From NCBI GenBank assembly GCA_002269645.1, contig NIVC01000434.1:434001-498000 (forward strand): a DNA stretch of 64,000 nt, in the 5' to 3' direction. Made by a program: the position numbers and the translations under genes. Positions 47,023 through 57,020 of the stretch are shown here, piece by piece. This DNA is from Macrostomum lignano (lineage: Eukaryota). How positions within the stretch are numbered: position 1 is the first letter of the stretch; each line of letters starts with the position of its first letter. The notes beneath the pieces are model-generated. The model had not been told where the DNA came from. It searched no databases and saw only the letters and a program-made list of their open reading frames with translations.

Positions 47023-47217
47023 CTATAAGAAGAGATGGTGCCATAGGTACTCATTGAGGTGGATATCAAATAGGATATTGCTAGTACTATGTATTGCCCT
47101 GAATTACGCCTTGATGAATGCCCATGACCTTTCAATGGTGCTTGTATAGATGGTCAGGTGATTGGGGTCCACAAAATGACATTGGTGATTGATAGCCACA
47201 TGATTCTGCAAGCCATT
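47023..47217 (-). pseudogene. Merlin/IS1595 (ISXO2-like) transposase C-terminal relic
   Basis: NGLQNHVAINHQCHFVDPNHLTIYTSTIERSWAFIKA*FRAIH...LNEYLWHH matches the VNHS..FVDP..HT.TIE..W...K...EY.WR pattern, with an in-frame stop. Confidence 0.7.
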
Positions 47218-49170
47218 ATAGGCCTGCCACTAAGCCTAGTGCTCTAGGCCTCCTAGCCATTTGGCAATCACTAGATAGGCTGAAAAGTTTGTAAAAATGC
47301 AAAAATAATTTAATGCAGTAAAGTAAAAGATTGCCCATGGAGTACATAGACAGTTGAATTACATTAGGTTACTAATATAAATATATGTCTTGGTCCAATT
47401 AGGGTTAAAATAAAATTGAAATTTAGAAAATACTATTATAAAGTCAGAAAAACAAAAACATTTTTTCTGGAAACCTAAATAAACTTTTCTTGAACTATCA
47501 AGCTATTTTTAAATGTAAGAATATAGAATATTTATTTAGACAAATTGCTAAACAAATAAGTTATAGAAAAAATGCTATTTATACAAAGCAGAGGTTTATA
47601 TTAGGCCTAAATTAACAATATATTCTAAATCAACATAAAATTAGACATAATGATTGTGTTATAATCTTTTATAAATGAAATCTTAGGGTAAAATGTCTAG
47701 TCAGATTTATAGGCTAGAAGATAATACATATCAGTCTTGCTGAATAAAAGAGTAGGCCTAGTTTAAGTGAAAAATATTTAATATTACTATTTTTGCTTGT
47801 GTCTATTTGTTCTCACTTGTCTGTTTGCTAAAAATAGTGAAAAGTAACTATAAAGCTATAAAGTGAGTATGAAGCATAGCAAGAGTGCAATTGCATTATG
47901 CACATGATAACTCTAAAAGGCCATCAAGCTAGATAGAAAACTTTACTAGACAAACTAAATTGTACATGGTTTGGCACAATCTACAGACTCACTTGGCTGT
48001 ATCTATTGGCAACATGCATAACTTACTATTGGACAGAATAGTAGTCACACAACTATTCTTAGCCAGAGCATATAAGCATTATCCTACTATAGAATCTGTC
48101 TAAATAATATCTTTAAATCTTGGATAATGGATATTAGGATTTGTATGTTTCTCTAGCTACAAAAATAGTAAGATTTATTATTTCTATATAGAATATCATT
48201 ATAGATGCTTGGAACTATTGCAAGCAACTCTAGCTAGTTATTGTTAGTTAGCCACTTAAAAATGATGAAAAAATAGAAGGTGGCTATGTCTATATACTTA
48301 TTGTCTAGCAGAGCTCAGATTTCTAGTTCATTGAGTGTGCATTGGGATATGCTCAAGCAAACAGAAGTGGGTAGGCTGAGTAGGGTCACAAAGTGCAAAC
48401 TGGATGTCCCAACTTGCCTGTCTGCATATGCTATAGGAACATTGCTTGGACATCTTATCATTGGAATAAAAATTATCAATTGGGTTCAAAGAACTCAAAG
48501 CAGCATTGAATTATTTGTTGTGATAATTGAAAGCAAATTTGCTAAAATTTGAATTTGGTATAAGATTTTATTTAAAGTATAAAATAAATTTATATAAATA
48601 TTAGAAAAAAATTTTTCTAGTTTATGTTTGTTTTTTATTCTATATAATTGCATTGAAAAGCTATTCAGCAAAAAACTGACTTTTTATTTGCAAAAAATGC
48701 TTGTATTTCTAATATTGAAAACGTCTAATCCTATATTATATATGTTGTTAACTAATTTTAGCACATTTGATTCCTAATGCAAAAATATATATAAATAAAT
48801 ATATATTTTTTATAACTCTTCATATAAATTTTGATTTGCATGTAATTTAGCAATTCTCTTTAGCAATATTTGATTCTCACATATAGTCTCTTATCCCTAA
48901 TTTGATTCTATGCATTGCAAATTGACTAAAATTGTAGTGTAATTGTTATGTTATGAAGCCAATATGTTGACAAATAAAGAATATATATGGTAGTTATATT
49001 ATTTATTTATATCATTCCACATTATATTAACTTAATTATATCATACAAAGAACATGTACATGTATGATAACTAGTAAGTCCATTTAGTATATGGATGGGC
49101 TCTGGTATATTTAAGCAATTTTTAGCAATAGAATTTCTTCCTCTCAGTAGCTCATGCTAGATTTTTGCAA

Positions 49171-49204
49171 CTGATTGGCAAGCTGATTGGCAGTGTCAAT
49201 TGGG
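49171..49204 (-). promoter_or_regulatory. Clustered CCAAT boxes upstream of the RFX start codon
   Basis: ctgattgg twice, plus attggg, within ~85 nt of ATG 49255. Motif presence only. Confidence 0.25.
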
Positions 49205-49254
49205 CTAAACGTACACAATAAACAGATTATCATAAATCATAATTGACTGCTGAT

Positions 49255-49407
49255 ATGTCCGCTTCGTTACCTGACCAAGCCACACCAGCTGTTAGTGGCG
49301 GAGTCAGCAGCGACGGAGGCGGAGGGACTTGTGGCAGCATATTCGACACTCTGGTTGACGATTTGCAATCGGAAGTCACTAGCGACGGAAAGTCTAGAAT
49401 TTCTCAG
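49255..49407 (+). CDS. RFX7: RFX5/RFX7-type transcription factor, first coding exon
   Basis: ATG at 49255 with an upstream in-frame TAA, 51 codons, donor CAG|GTACAT in phase 0 matching the 50902 acceptor. Confidence 0.65.
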
Positions 49408-49472
49408 GTACATCGATTGTAATCTGTCAATAATATCTATGTTTTGTTCTACAAATTTGTTCGCTTTTGCAA

Positions 49473-50760
49473 GCTCAAAACCTCACAAACTCAAAACCTT
49501 AAAGCCCTAAACCTCAAACTCAAAACCTCACAAACTCGAAACCTTTAAGCTCAAAACCTCACAAACTCGAAACCTTTAAGCCCTAAACCTCAAGCTCAAA
49601 ACCTCACAAACTCGAAACCTTTAAGCTCAAAACCTCACAAACTCGAAACCTTTAAGCCCTAAACCTCAAGCTTAAAACCTCACAAACTCGAAACCTTTAA
49701 GCCCTAAACCTCAAGCTTAAAACCTCACAAACTCGAAACCTTTAAGCTCAAAACCTCACAAACTCGAAGCATTTAAGCCCTAAACCTCAAGCTCAAAACC
49801 TCACAAGCTCTAAACCTCAAGCTCTAAACTTTAAGCCCTAAACCTCAAGCTCGAAACCTTAAGCCCTAAACATCAAGCTCAAAACCTCACAAACTCGAAA
49901 CCTTTAAGCTCAAAACCTCACAAACTCGAAACCTTAGAGCTCAAAACCTCACAAACTCGAAACCTTTAAGGCCTAAACCTCAAGCTCAAAACCTCACAAA
50001 CTCGAAACCTTTAAGCTCAAAACCTCACAAACTCGAAACCTTAAAGCCCTAAACCTCAAGCTTAAAACCTCACAAACTCAAAACCTTTAAGCTCAAAACC
50101 TCACAAATCGAAGCATTTAAGCCCTAAACCTCAAGCTCAAAACCTCACAAGCTCTAAACCTCACAAGCTCTAAACCTCAAGCTCTAAACTTTAAGCCCTA
50201 AACCTCAAGCTCGAAACCTTAAGCCCCAAACATCAAGCTCGAAACCTTAAGCCCTAAACCTCAAGCTCAAAACCTCACAAACTCGAAACCTTTACGCTCA
50301 AAACCTTACAAACTCGAAACATGTAAGCCCTAAACCTCAAGCTCGAAACCTTACGCCCCAAACATCAAGCTCGAAACCTTAAGCCCTAAACCTCAAGCTC
50401 GAAAACTCAAGCTCGAAACCTTAAGCCCTAAACCTCAAGCTCGAAACCTTAAGCCCTAAACCTCAAGCTCGAAACCTTAAGCCCTAAACCTCAAGCTCGA
50501 AACCTCAAGCTCGAAACCTTAAGCCCCAAACATCAAGCTCGAAACCTTAAGCCCTAAACCTCAAGCTCGAAACCTTAAGCCCCAAACATCAAGCTCAAAA
50601 CCTTAAGCCCTAAACCTCAAGCTCGAAACCTTAAGCCCTAAACTTCAAGCTCGAAACCTCAAGCTCAAAACCTTAAGCCCCAAACATCAAGGTCAAAACC
50701 TTAAGCCCTAAACCTCAAGCTCGAAACCTTAAGCCCTAAACCTCAAGCTCGAAACCTCAC
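49473..50760. repeat. Intronic satellite of 14-16-bp subunits (AAGCTCGAAACCTT / AAGCCCTAAACCTC / ACAAACTCGAAACCTT)
   Basis: Visible directly. Confidence 0.93.
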
Positions 50761-50901
50761 AAGGTCGAAATTTCTCATTGTCGAAAAATTGTTTTAGCTG
50801 TGAACTGGCGTAAGCGCCCTTCTATTCGACTATGTGCAATTTCGTTGGTCCCTGTTGAGATTAAATCTGTTTAATTGCATTATTAATCAATTCGTCCCCA
50901 G

Positions 50902-51134
50902 GTTCAGGCAATAGTTGAGCGCATGAGCGATCTGGAGCGACTGCTGCTGTACCTGCAACTGCCGAATGGCTTTGCGGCAAATAACGCCGATGCCGCGGCT
51001 GTGCAAGTCAGCGGAGGCGCCCTGCAGCTTAGCAACCAGCTGGAGCAGTCGCAGGCTTTCACGTGGATTCAGTCGCATCTAGAAGAGGATGCTAGTATAT
51101 GCTTGCGCAAAGATGAGGTTTATAGTGACTATCG
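50902..51134 (+). CDS. RFX7: RFX5/RFX7-type transcription factor, exon 2
   Basis: SDLERLLLYLQLP and AFTWIQSHLEE..LRKDEVY match the RFX5/7 N-terminal and DNA-binding domain. Acceptor ccccAG at 50901 and donor CG|GTGAGT at 51135. Confidence 0.88.
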
Positions 51135-51235
51135 GTGAGTTTCTCAATCATTTGTTTACTTGTTAGCATTCGTGATGCTCGCTCTAAAGTGCGTTTTCAC
51201 TGCTGACAAAATGCTCTCCTATGAACTGATAACAG

Positions 51236-51462
51236 GTGCTACTGCGACAGCCACGGTCAGAAGGCTCTGAACACTGCCGACTTTGGCAAAGTAATGAAGC
51301 GCGCTTTCCCCAATGTCAAACCGCGCCGCTTAGGCCAGCGTGGTCAATCGAAGTATTGCTACGGAGGTCTGCGCAAGAAAACTGACCTGCCGCATCCGAT
51401 CATGCCGGATTTGACACTGGCTGAACTGGACTGTGCCAATGCGAATGCTGCCTCTAATACTG
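51236..51462 (+). CDS. RFX7: RFX5/RFX7-type transcription factor, exon 3 (winged-helix DBD)
   Basis: YCDSHGQKALNTADFGKVMKRAFPNVKPRRLGQRGQSKYCYGGLRKK. Phases 2 and 1 are consistent with the neighbouring exons. Confidence 0.9.
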
Positions 51463-51642
51463 GTAAGCTTATAGCATTCAGTCCTGACTGCTCTGTCTGG
51501 CTGTCTGAGAGAGGACAGTGAATGCATACCTGACTGCTGGTTTGGAGCTGGATGTTTGTGAAATGAAATAAACTAAATTGCCTGGTGATTTTAGTTCTTA
51601 GTCTATGGTGAATTCGAACTCTGCTGGGGTTATAGCCTAGTA

Positions 51643-52442
51643 TTGATTTTTGCATGCTAAGTGAGACATTTTTCAAGCAATCTGAGACTGAATAGCAAAA
51701 ACACTATTGTCTATGGCCACCCCTCGCTGCAGCCCAGATTTTTGGGATCGCCTTGCAAGCAAAGTGAGAAATTTTTTAAAGCTAAGTGAGAACCATATTG
51801 AAAACAAAGTCTCATTTTCGATGGTCCAATTTTTCACCAAGGGATTGAGATACCTGAGCAGTTTGAGGATCTCATTCGTCTGCAAATTTTACCGGCGTAC
51901 TCGCCGTTTTTGAATCCCGTGGAGATGGCGCACAGCGCTCTTAAGAATGAGATTAAGCGTCGCCTTGTAGAGCCCGCAATCGTGGCTGAGGAAAACGTTT
52001 GCCCACCAGGCATGACACGAGATGATTGGCGATACATGCTGATGGATCGGCTTGGAAGAGAATCGCTGCATGTCATTACTCCGCACAAGATCGCAGGCTG
52101 GGAGCTCCACTGCACTCAAAAGTTTGCTCAGTGTATCAACATGCAACCCTTTATTTGAACGCTTATAACATTATCAACAATTTTTGTACCGCTTGTTTTG
52201 TTGTGTTCCTGTGTATCCTTTTCTAAATATATAGTTTCCGACAGTACATCATTTTGTAAATTCGTAAAACCACCCCTTTGTTTTCAATATGGTTCTCAGT
52301 TAGCTTGAAAAAATGTCTCACTTTACTTGCAAGGCGATCCCAAAAAGCTGGGCTGCAGCGAGGGGTGGCCATAGACAATAGCGTTTTTGCTATTCAGTCT
52401 CAGATTGCTTGAAAAATGTTTCACTTAGCATGCAAAAACCAA
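51643..52442 (+). mobile_element. Internally deleted IS630/Tc1-like element 1
   Basis: ~167-bp TIRs (51643-51809 / 52276-52442) flanked by TA. Internal frame LPAYSPFLNPVEMAHSALKNEIK is the DDE_3 C-terminus only. Confidence 0.82.
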
Positions 52443-52444
52443 TA

Positions 52445-53355
52445 TTCCCTTTTGCGGCCTAGTTGGTACTGCAAGCTTTCAATTTAATCATAGATACGGA
52501 AATCAGGTTTGCGAGACTGAAAATTTTCTGTCTATGGTCGATACTCGCTGGCATAGCGGAGTTTAATTTAATCCTGGGGGCCAAATAATTTAATTTGGTC
52601 ATTCTAATCATATAACGTTAGATATCCAGTGCTATAATACAAGTCGTTTACTTATCATTGAGAAAATCTAAAACAGAACAATACGATAAACAAATAAAAG
52701 CTTTAGCGTCGAATGTCGTCGAGTCAGGCTGGAATAAACCTCAGCATCTGCCGGTACCAGCCTCCGCATTTTGAAACGGTCACTTCACGGGTTGCGTCCT
52801 CTGCAATCCTCTGTAGGACAAGGATTCGCCACTCTCGTAGCGAATGACTATCAGGCGGAATGTCCAGCTCTTCTTGCAGTTGTGGTTGAGCCAGCTGGCG
52901 TTTGATGGCTGACCTCCGGCAGGCGTGCGCGTTCTCCACAGGATTGAGGAACGGCGAGCATGGAGGCAATGTCACCAGGCGCCAAGTGGGCTGAAATTGA
53001 TCTGGGATTGTCACTCCATGATGAAAACGGGCTCCATCCATGATCACACAGACTCCTCGCCATCAGGTACATCATCACGACTCGTCACGCTTTGCACCAG
53101 ATCATTGATGAACGTCTGGTACCTGACTGCCGTCATAGTCTCTCCGAAGATCATATGCTAAAAAAGTTAAAAACAGGTTTCGCTAACAGTAAAAATGTGC
53201 ATAGAATGATCAAATTGATGCCCCCAGGATTAAATTGAACTCTGCTATGCCAGCGAGTGTCGACAATAGACTGAAAATTTCAGTCTCGAAAGCCTGATTT
53301 CCGTATCTATGATTAAATTGAAAGCTTGCAGTACCAACTAGGCCGCAAAAAGGAA
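52445..53355 (-). mobile_element. Internally deleted IS630/Tc1-like element 2
   Basis: ~135-bp TIRs (52445-52580 / 53221-53355) flanked by TA. Frame IMDGARFH..LPPCSPFLNPVE (33 residues between D and E), with a frameshift just upstream. Confidence 0.82.
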
Positions 53356-53824
53356 TAGCTAGAGCGTCGGGCTCACGACTGAAAGGTCGGGGTTTCGGAT
53401 CTCGACCCACTCGGAACAATTGGTGTCCCTGAGTGTGACACTTCAGTTCATCCAGCTGTAAAATGGGTGCCAGCATTAGCTGGGGTAATTGACGGTGTAT
53501 GTGGCTACTCCCCCCCCCCCCTAGTCCTTGCACTTGACAGCCGTACGCAGCCTTCAGATGCAATAGGCAAAAAGTATACGAGTAGTTTGCTACTTGCTAA
53601 TTTGCGGTTCTGAAGCCTTAGGAAGAATAATCGTCGCAGTTGTCTGTGGTCCAGGTTGGGACTGTACTCAATGAAAAAAATCCCTAGGGTAATTCTCTAG
53701 GATGGGGCTTTATTATGTTGGGAATCGAACGCAGGGACTTTGACGTGAAGCTACTCCAGCCCTATGTAAAAGACAGTCTACAGCTATTATTTAACTTGCT
53801 TGCTTAATACTTTTTATAATGCAG

Positions 53825-54708
53825 GCAATCTCAGCAGCTCCGGTGCGGTTAGCGGCAGTGGGGGAGGCGGCAGTGGCTCAAGCGAGGACTCAATCTACAG
53901 CGAAATCATACTGGAATGGGCGCAGAAAATCATGGGCTGCCAGTTTCACAATTTGCGCCAATTGGCTGAACACCTGGTCACGAATATGTACGTGAACTCG
54001 CGCTCTCCTGCTGCAATGACTCTGTTCTCTAGTCTGCAGTCCCGCAGTCAGCAGCGATTGTCTGTTTCGCATCTGATTGGACTGAGAGCTGCCGCAGCTG
54101 CTGCCGCTGCGGCCGCTGCTGCCACCTCTAACGACAGCGTCAAGGTTGAAGGAACTGGAACTTCAATGGCATCAACGTCCACAACTGCAACAGCTGCTGG
54201 ACGAGCCAGTGTTGGCCACTCGATGTCGCTGGCCGGAACCTGCTGGAGTCCGGACAGCTTGAACTCGTCTGGCGGTGGACCTCTGGACAGTAGCGGCATT
54301 GGCTTTGCTGCCAGTCCAGCTTCAGTAGCTTCATCATCTGCCGCCTCTGGAGTGCCGCCATCTAGGCCGCATCTGATGCCGCTGCCTCATCAGATTACTA
54401 AGAAGAATTTTCGCAGTCCTCTACCGCAGCATCAGCAGCAGCAGGCTCAGCCTCCACCTCTGCCTATGCTGTACCATCATCCACAGCAGCAGCAGCATCA
54501 CCGTTCGAGTCATCATCATTCAGCTGTTGGCTCTTCATCTGCGGCATCGGCTGCTCCAGTTTCCAATATCGTGCCGTCTCCGTCATCAACAACTACGGCA
54601 TCTAAAAAGTCCAGCACCTCGTTGAACCCCAGCCCGGGCAAGAAGGTCTGCTCCGAGCGCCGATTTCAACCACTGGGTGTTCCGTTGAATGCCCAGTTAT
54701 TGGAACAG
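53825..54708 (+). CDS. RFX7: RFX5/RFX7-type transcription factor, exon 4
   Basis: IILEWAQKIMGCQFHNLRQLAEHLVTNMYVNSRSPAAMTL matches the RFX5/7 post-DBD block. Acceptor atgcAG at 53824 (phase 1) and donor CAG|GTCAGT at 54709. Confidence 0.85.
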
Positions 54709-55657
54709 GTCAGTTATTTGTTTATATTTTCCTTTGTTTTTTGACAAAGATTTCTGATGTATCTTCAGTTCATCTGCCTGTCCGAAATCTTTCCGCTTAC
54801 ACAGCTTTCTCTCTGTCTAGTTGTTTTCAGTTTAAACACGAAAGATATTTTGGTGAGCTTGGTCTCATTTTAGATCAGGATAAATTATCTATATTTCAGT
54901 GAAAAACTATTTACATTCTGTACAATAGTCACAGGCAACGAGAATTACTGAAACTAAAACTACTGTAGGCCGTGTGCTTTAGTTAATTCTATGTTAATGC
55001 AAATTAGTTAAATGACCGCGTTTTTTAAAATGAACCACCTAAAAGGCATGATGAGCCCCAGAAATTGGCACCCTCCGTTGAAAACGCAACCGTGAAAAGT
55101 ATCGCTAAGAGTCATTGCAAACAACTCTGGGGCGATTCTTGTGACTCTTTAAATACTCAAACGGCTGTAATGCGATACTGTTAAATCACAAGCGCATCAC
55201 GTGAGCCGCAGAATCGTAAAAGTCGCGAAAGGGTCGTCCAAGAGTCGTTGTGTTAGCGCTTAACTTTGTACAAGCTCAGTGACGCAACTCAGTGATTCTA
55301 CAGCGAATCAGTTACGACTCTACGGCCCCAGAGTTCTATTTTACCTGTGCTACATGCAACGACTCCGGGACGACACAAGTTACTACTCTAGACTCTGGAA
55401 GGCTTCTTGGCCTAGTTATCGTTTTCATCGGGCCTGCCTGCCAATGTGACCCACTTGGAATTTAGGAACCCTGGGCCTAGGAGAAAGGGCATCGCAGTTG
55501 GGACACCCAGTCCCACAAGGGCACTCCAAACCTTTGGACGGATTTATACCATTTATTCTGGTGGCCCCAGCTTGTCTCCTGGCGGACCCAATCTACACTT
55601 AACGGCAACGTGCCATGTCATTTGTTTAATTTTTTCGTGAAAACCCAAATTTCTCAG

Positions 55658-56137
55658 GAGGTGAGCTCAACAGATCAGCATTGCATTCCGCTGATGTCGC
55701 CAATGTCTTCGCATCGCGGAGGCTGCAGTCCAGCACCGCATTGGGGCCCTCCTGCGGCCGTTTCGCCCCATCCGTCCGGGCCGCCGCCTCCGCCCCAGTC
55801 GCAGCAGCAGCAGCAAAGCCAGCAATCGGCCTCTCAGTCTTATGGCATGGGAACTGCCGAGCCAATCTCGCTACCGCCCGCTTTCGATCGCCGATCTCCT
55901 AGTCCGCAGTTTCCGCCCGTATCGCCTGAGCAATACCTGCCGGCTCTGCCCAGGATCGGCACCAGTCCCCTGTCTAGCAGCCTGGCCCGTCCACTGCCCA
56001 ACCGCCGGTCCCCAATGCCAGCTGCTGCCGCCTCTGGAGGCTCTGCCGGAGTTGACGATAGCCCAGCTGGACGGTCCACTGTGTCTTCGTCTTCTTCACC
56101 GCAGCAGCAGGGACAGCAGTTGCTGCTTCTTCGGTGA
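55658..56137 (+). CDS. RFX7: RFX5/RFX7-type transcription factor, probable last exon (Pro/Ser/Gln-rich)
   Basis: Acceptor ttctcAG at 55657 in phase 0, TGA at 56135-56137. Total 1977 nt = 658 aa. An alternative donor at 56134 cannot be excluded. Confidence 0.65.
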   Translation, partial: EVSSTDQHCIPLMSPMSSHRGGCSPAPHWGPPAAVSPHPSGPPPPPQSQQQQQSQQSASQSYGMGTAEPISLPPAFDRRSPSPQFPPVSPEQYLPALPRIGTSPLSSSLARPLPNRRSPMPAAAASGGSAGVDDSPAGRSTVSSSSSPQQQGQQLLLLR

Positions 56138-56281
56138 TTGCCTGGGGTTTCTTTTCTGTGCTCCTGGTTTGTTTGGCGTAATTTGCTTTTTTAAATAGTG
56201 ACAGCCATAATATGCCTGTACATTTATAAAGAAATATTGTGTAGCCATTTCTTATGCAACCTGATCTATTTGATGGGTCTC

Positions 56282-57020
56282 TGATCTGCCTTTGACAGGT
56301 CTCTTTGATCTGCCTTTGACAGGTCTCTTTGATCTGCCTTTGACAGGTCTCTTTGATCTGCCTTTGACAGGTCTCTTTGATCTGCCTTTGACAGGTCTCT
56401 TTGATCTGCCTTTGACAGGTCTCTTTGATCTGCCTTTGACAGGTCTCTTTGATCTGCCTTTGACAGGTCTCTTTGATCTGCCTTTGACAGGTCTCTTTGA
56501 TCTGCCTTTGACAGGTCTCTTTAATCTGCCTTTGACAGGTCTCTTTGATCTGCCTTTGACAGGTCTCTTTGATCTGCCTTTGACAGGTCTCTTTGATCTG
56601 CCTTTGACAGGTCTCTTTGATCTGCCTTTGACAGGTCTCTTTGATCTGCCTTTGACAGGTCTCTTTGATCTGCCTTTGACAGGTCTCTTTAATCTGCCTT
56701 TGACAGGTCTCTTTAATCTGCCTTTGACAGGTCTCTTTAATCTGCCTTTGACAGGTCTCTTTAATCTGCCTTTGACAGGTCTCTTTGATCTGCCTTTGAC
56801 AGGTCTCTTTAATCTGCCTTTGACAGGTCTCTTTAATCTGCCTTTGACAGGTCTCTTTGATCTGCCTTTGACAGGTCTCTTTAATCTGCCTTTGACAGGT
56901 CTCTTTAATCTGCCTTTGACAGGTCTCTTTGATCTGCCTTTGACAGGTCTCTTTGATCTGCCTTTGACAGGTCTCTTTAATCTGCCTTTGACAGGTCTCT
57001 TTGATCTGCCTTTGACAGGT
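56282..57020. repeat. 24-bp VNTR (TGATCTGCCTTTGACAGGTCTCTT), about 31 copies
   Basis: Units are identical except for one G/A position. Confidence 0.97.

Larger units (their letters stand above)
51626..53590 (+). mobile_element. tRNA-head, CORE-like SINE split by two DNA transposons
   Basis: Removing 51643-53357 rejoins GGGGTTATAGCCTAG-TA-GCTAGAGCGTCGGGCTCACGACTGAAAGGTCGGGGTTTCGGATC. The downstream cagctgtaaaatgggt resembles the CORE domain. Confidence 0.6.

Noticed and set aside
49500-50750. Plant-type telomere motif CCCTAAA in the RFX intron satellite
   Set aside because: It occurs singly within 14-bp subunits, never in tandem, so it is likely coincidental.
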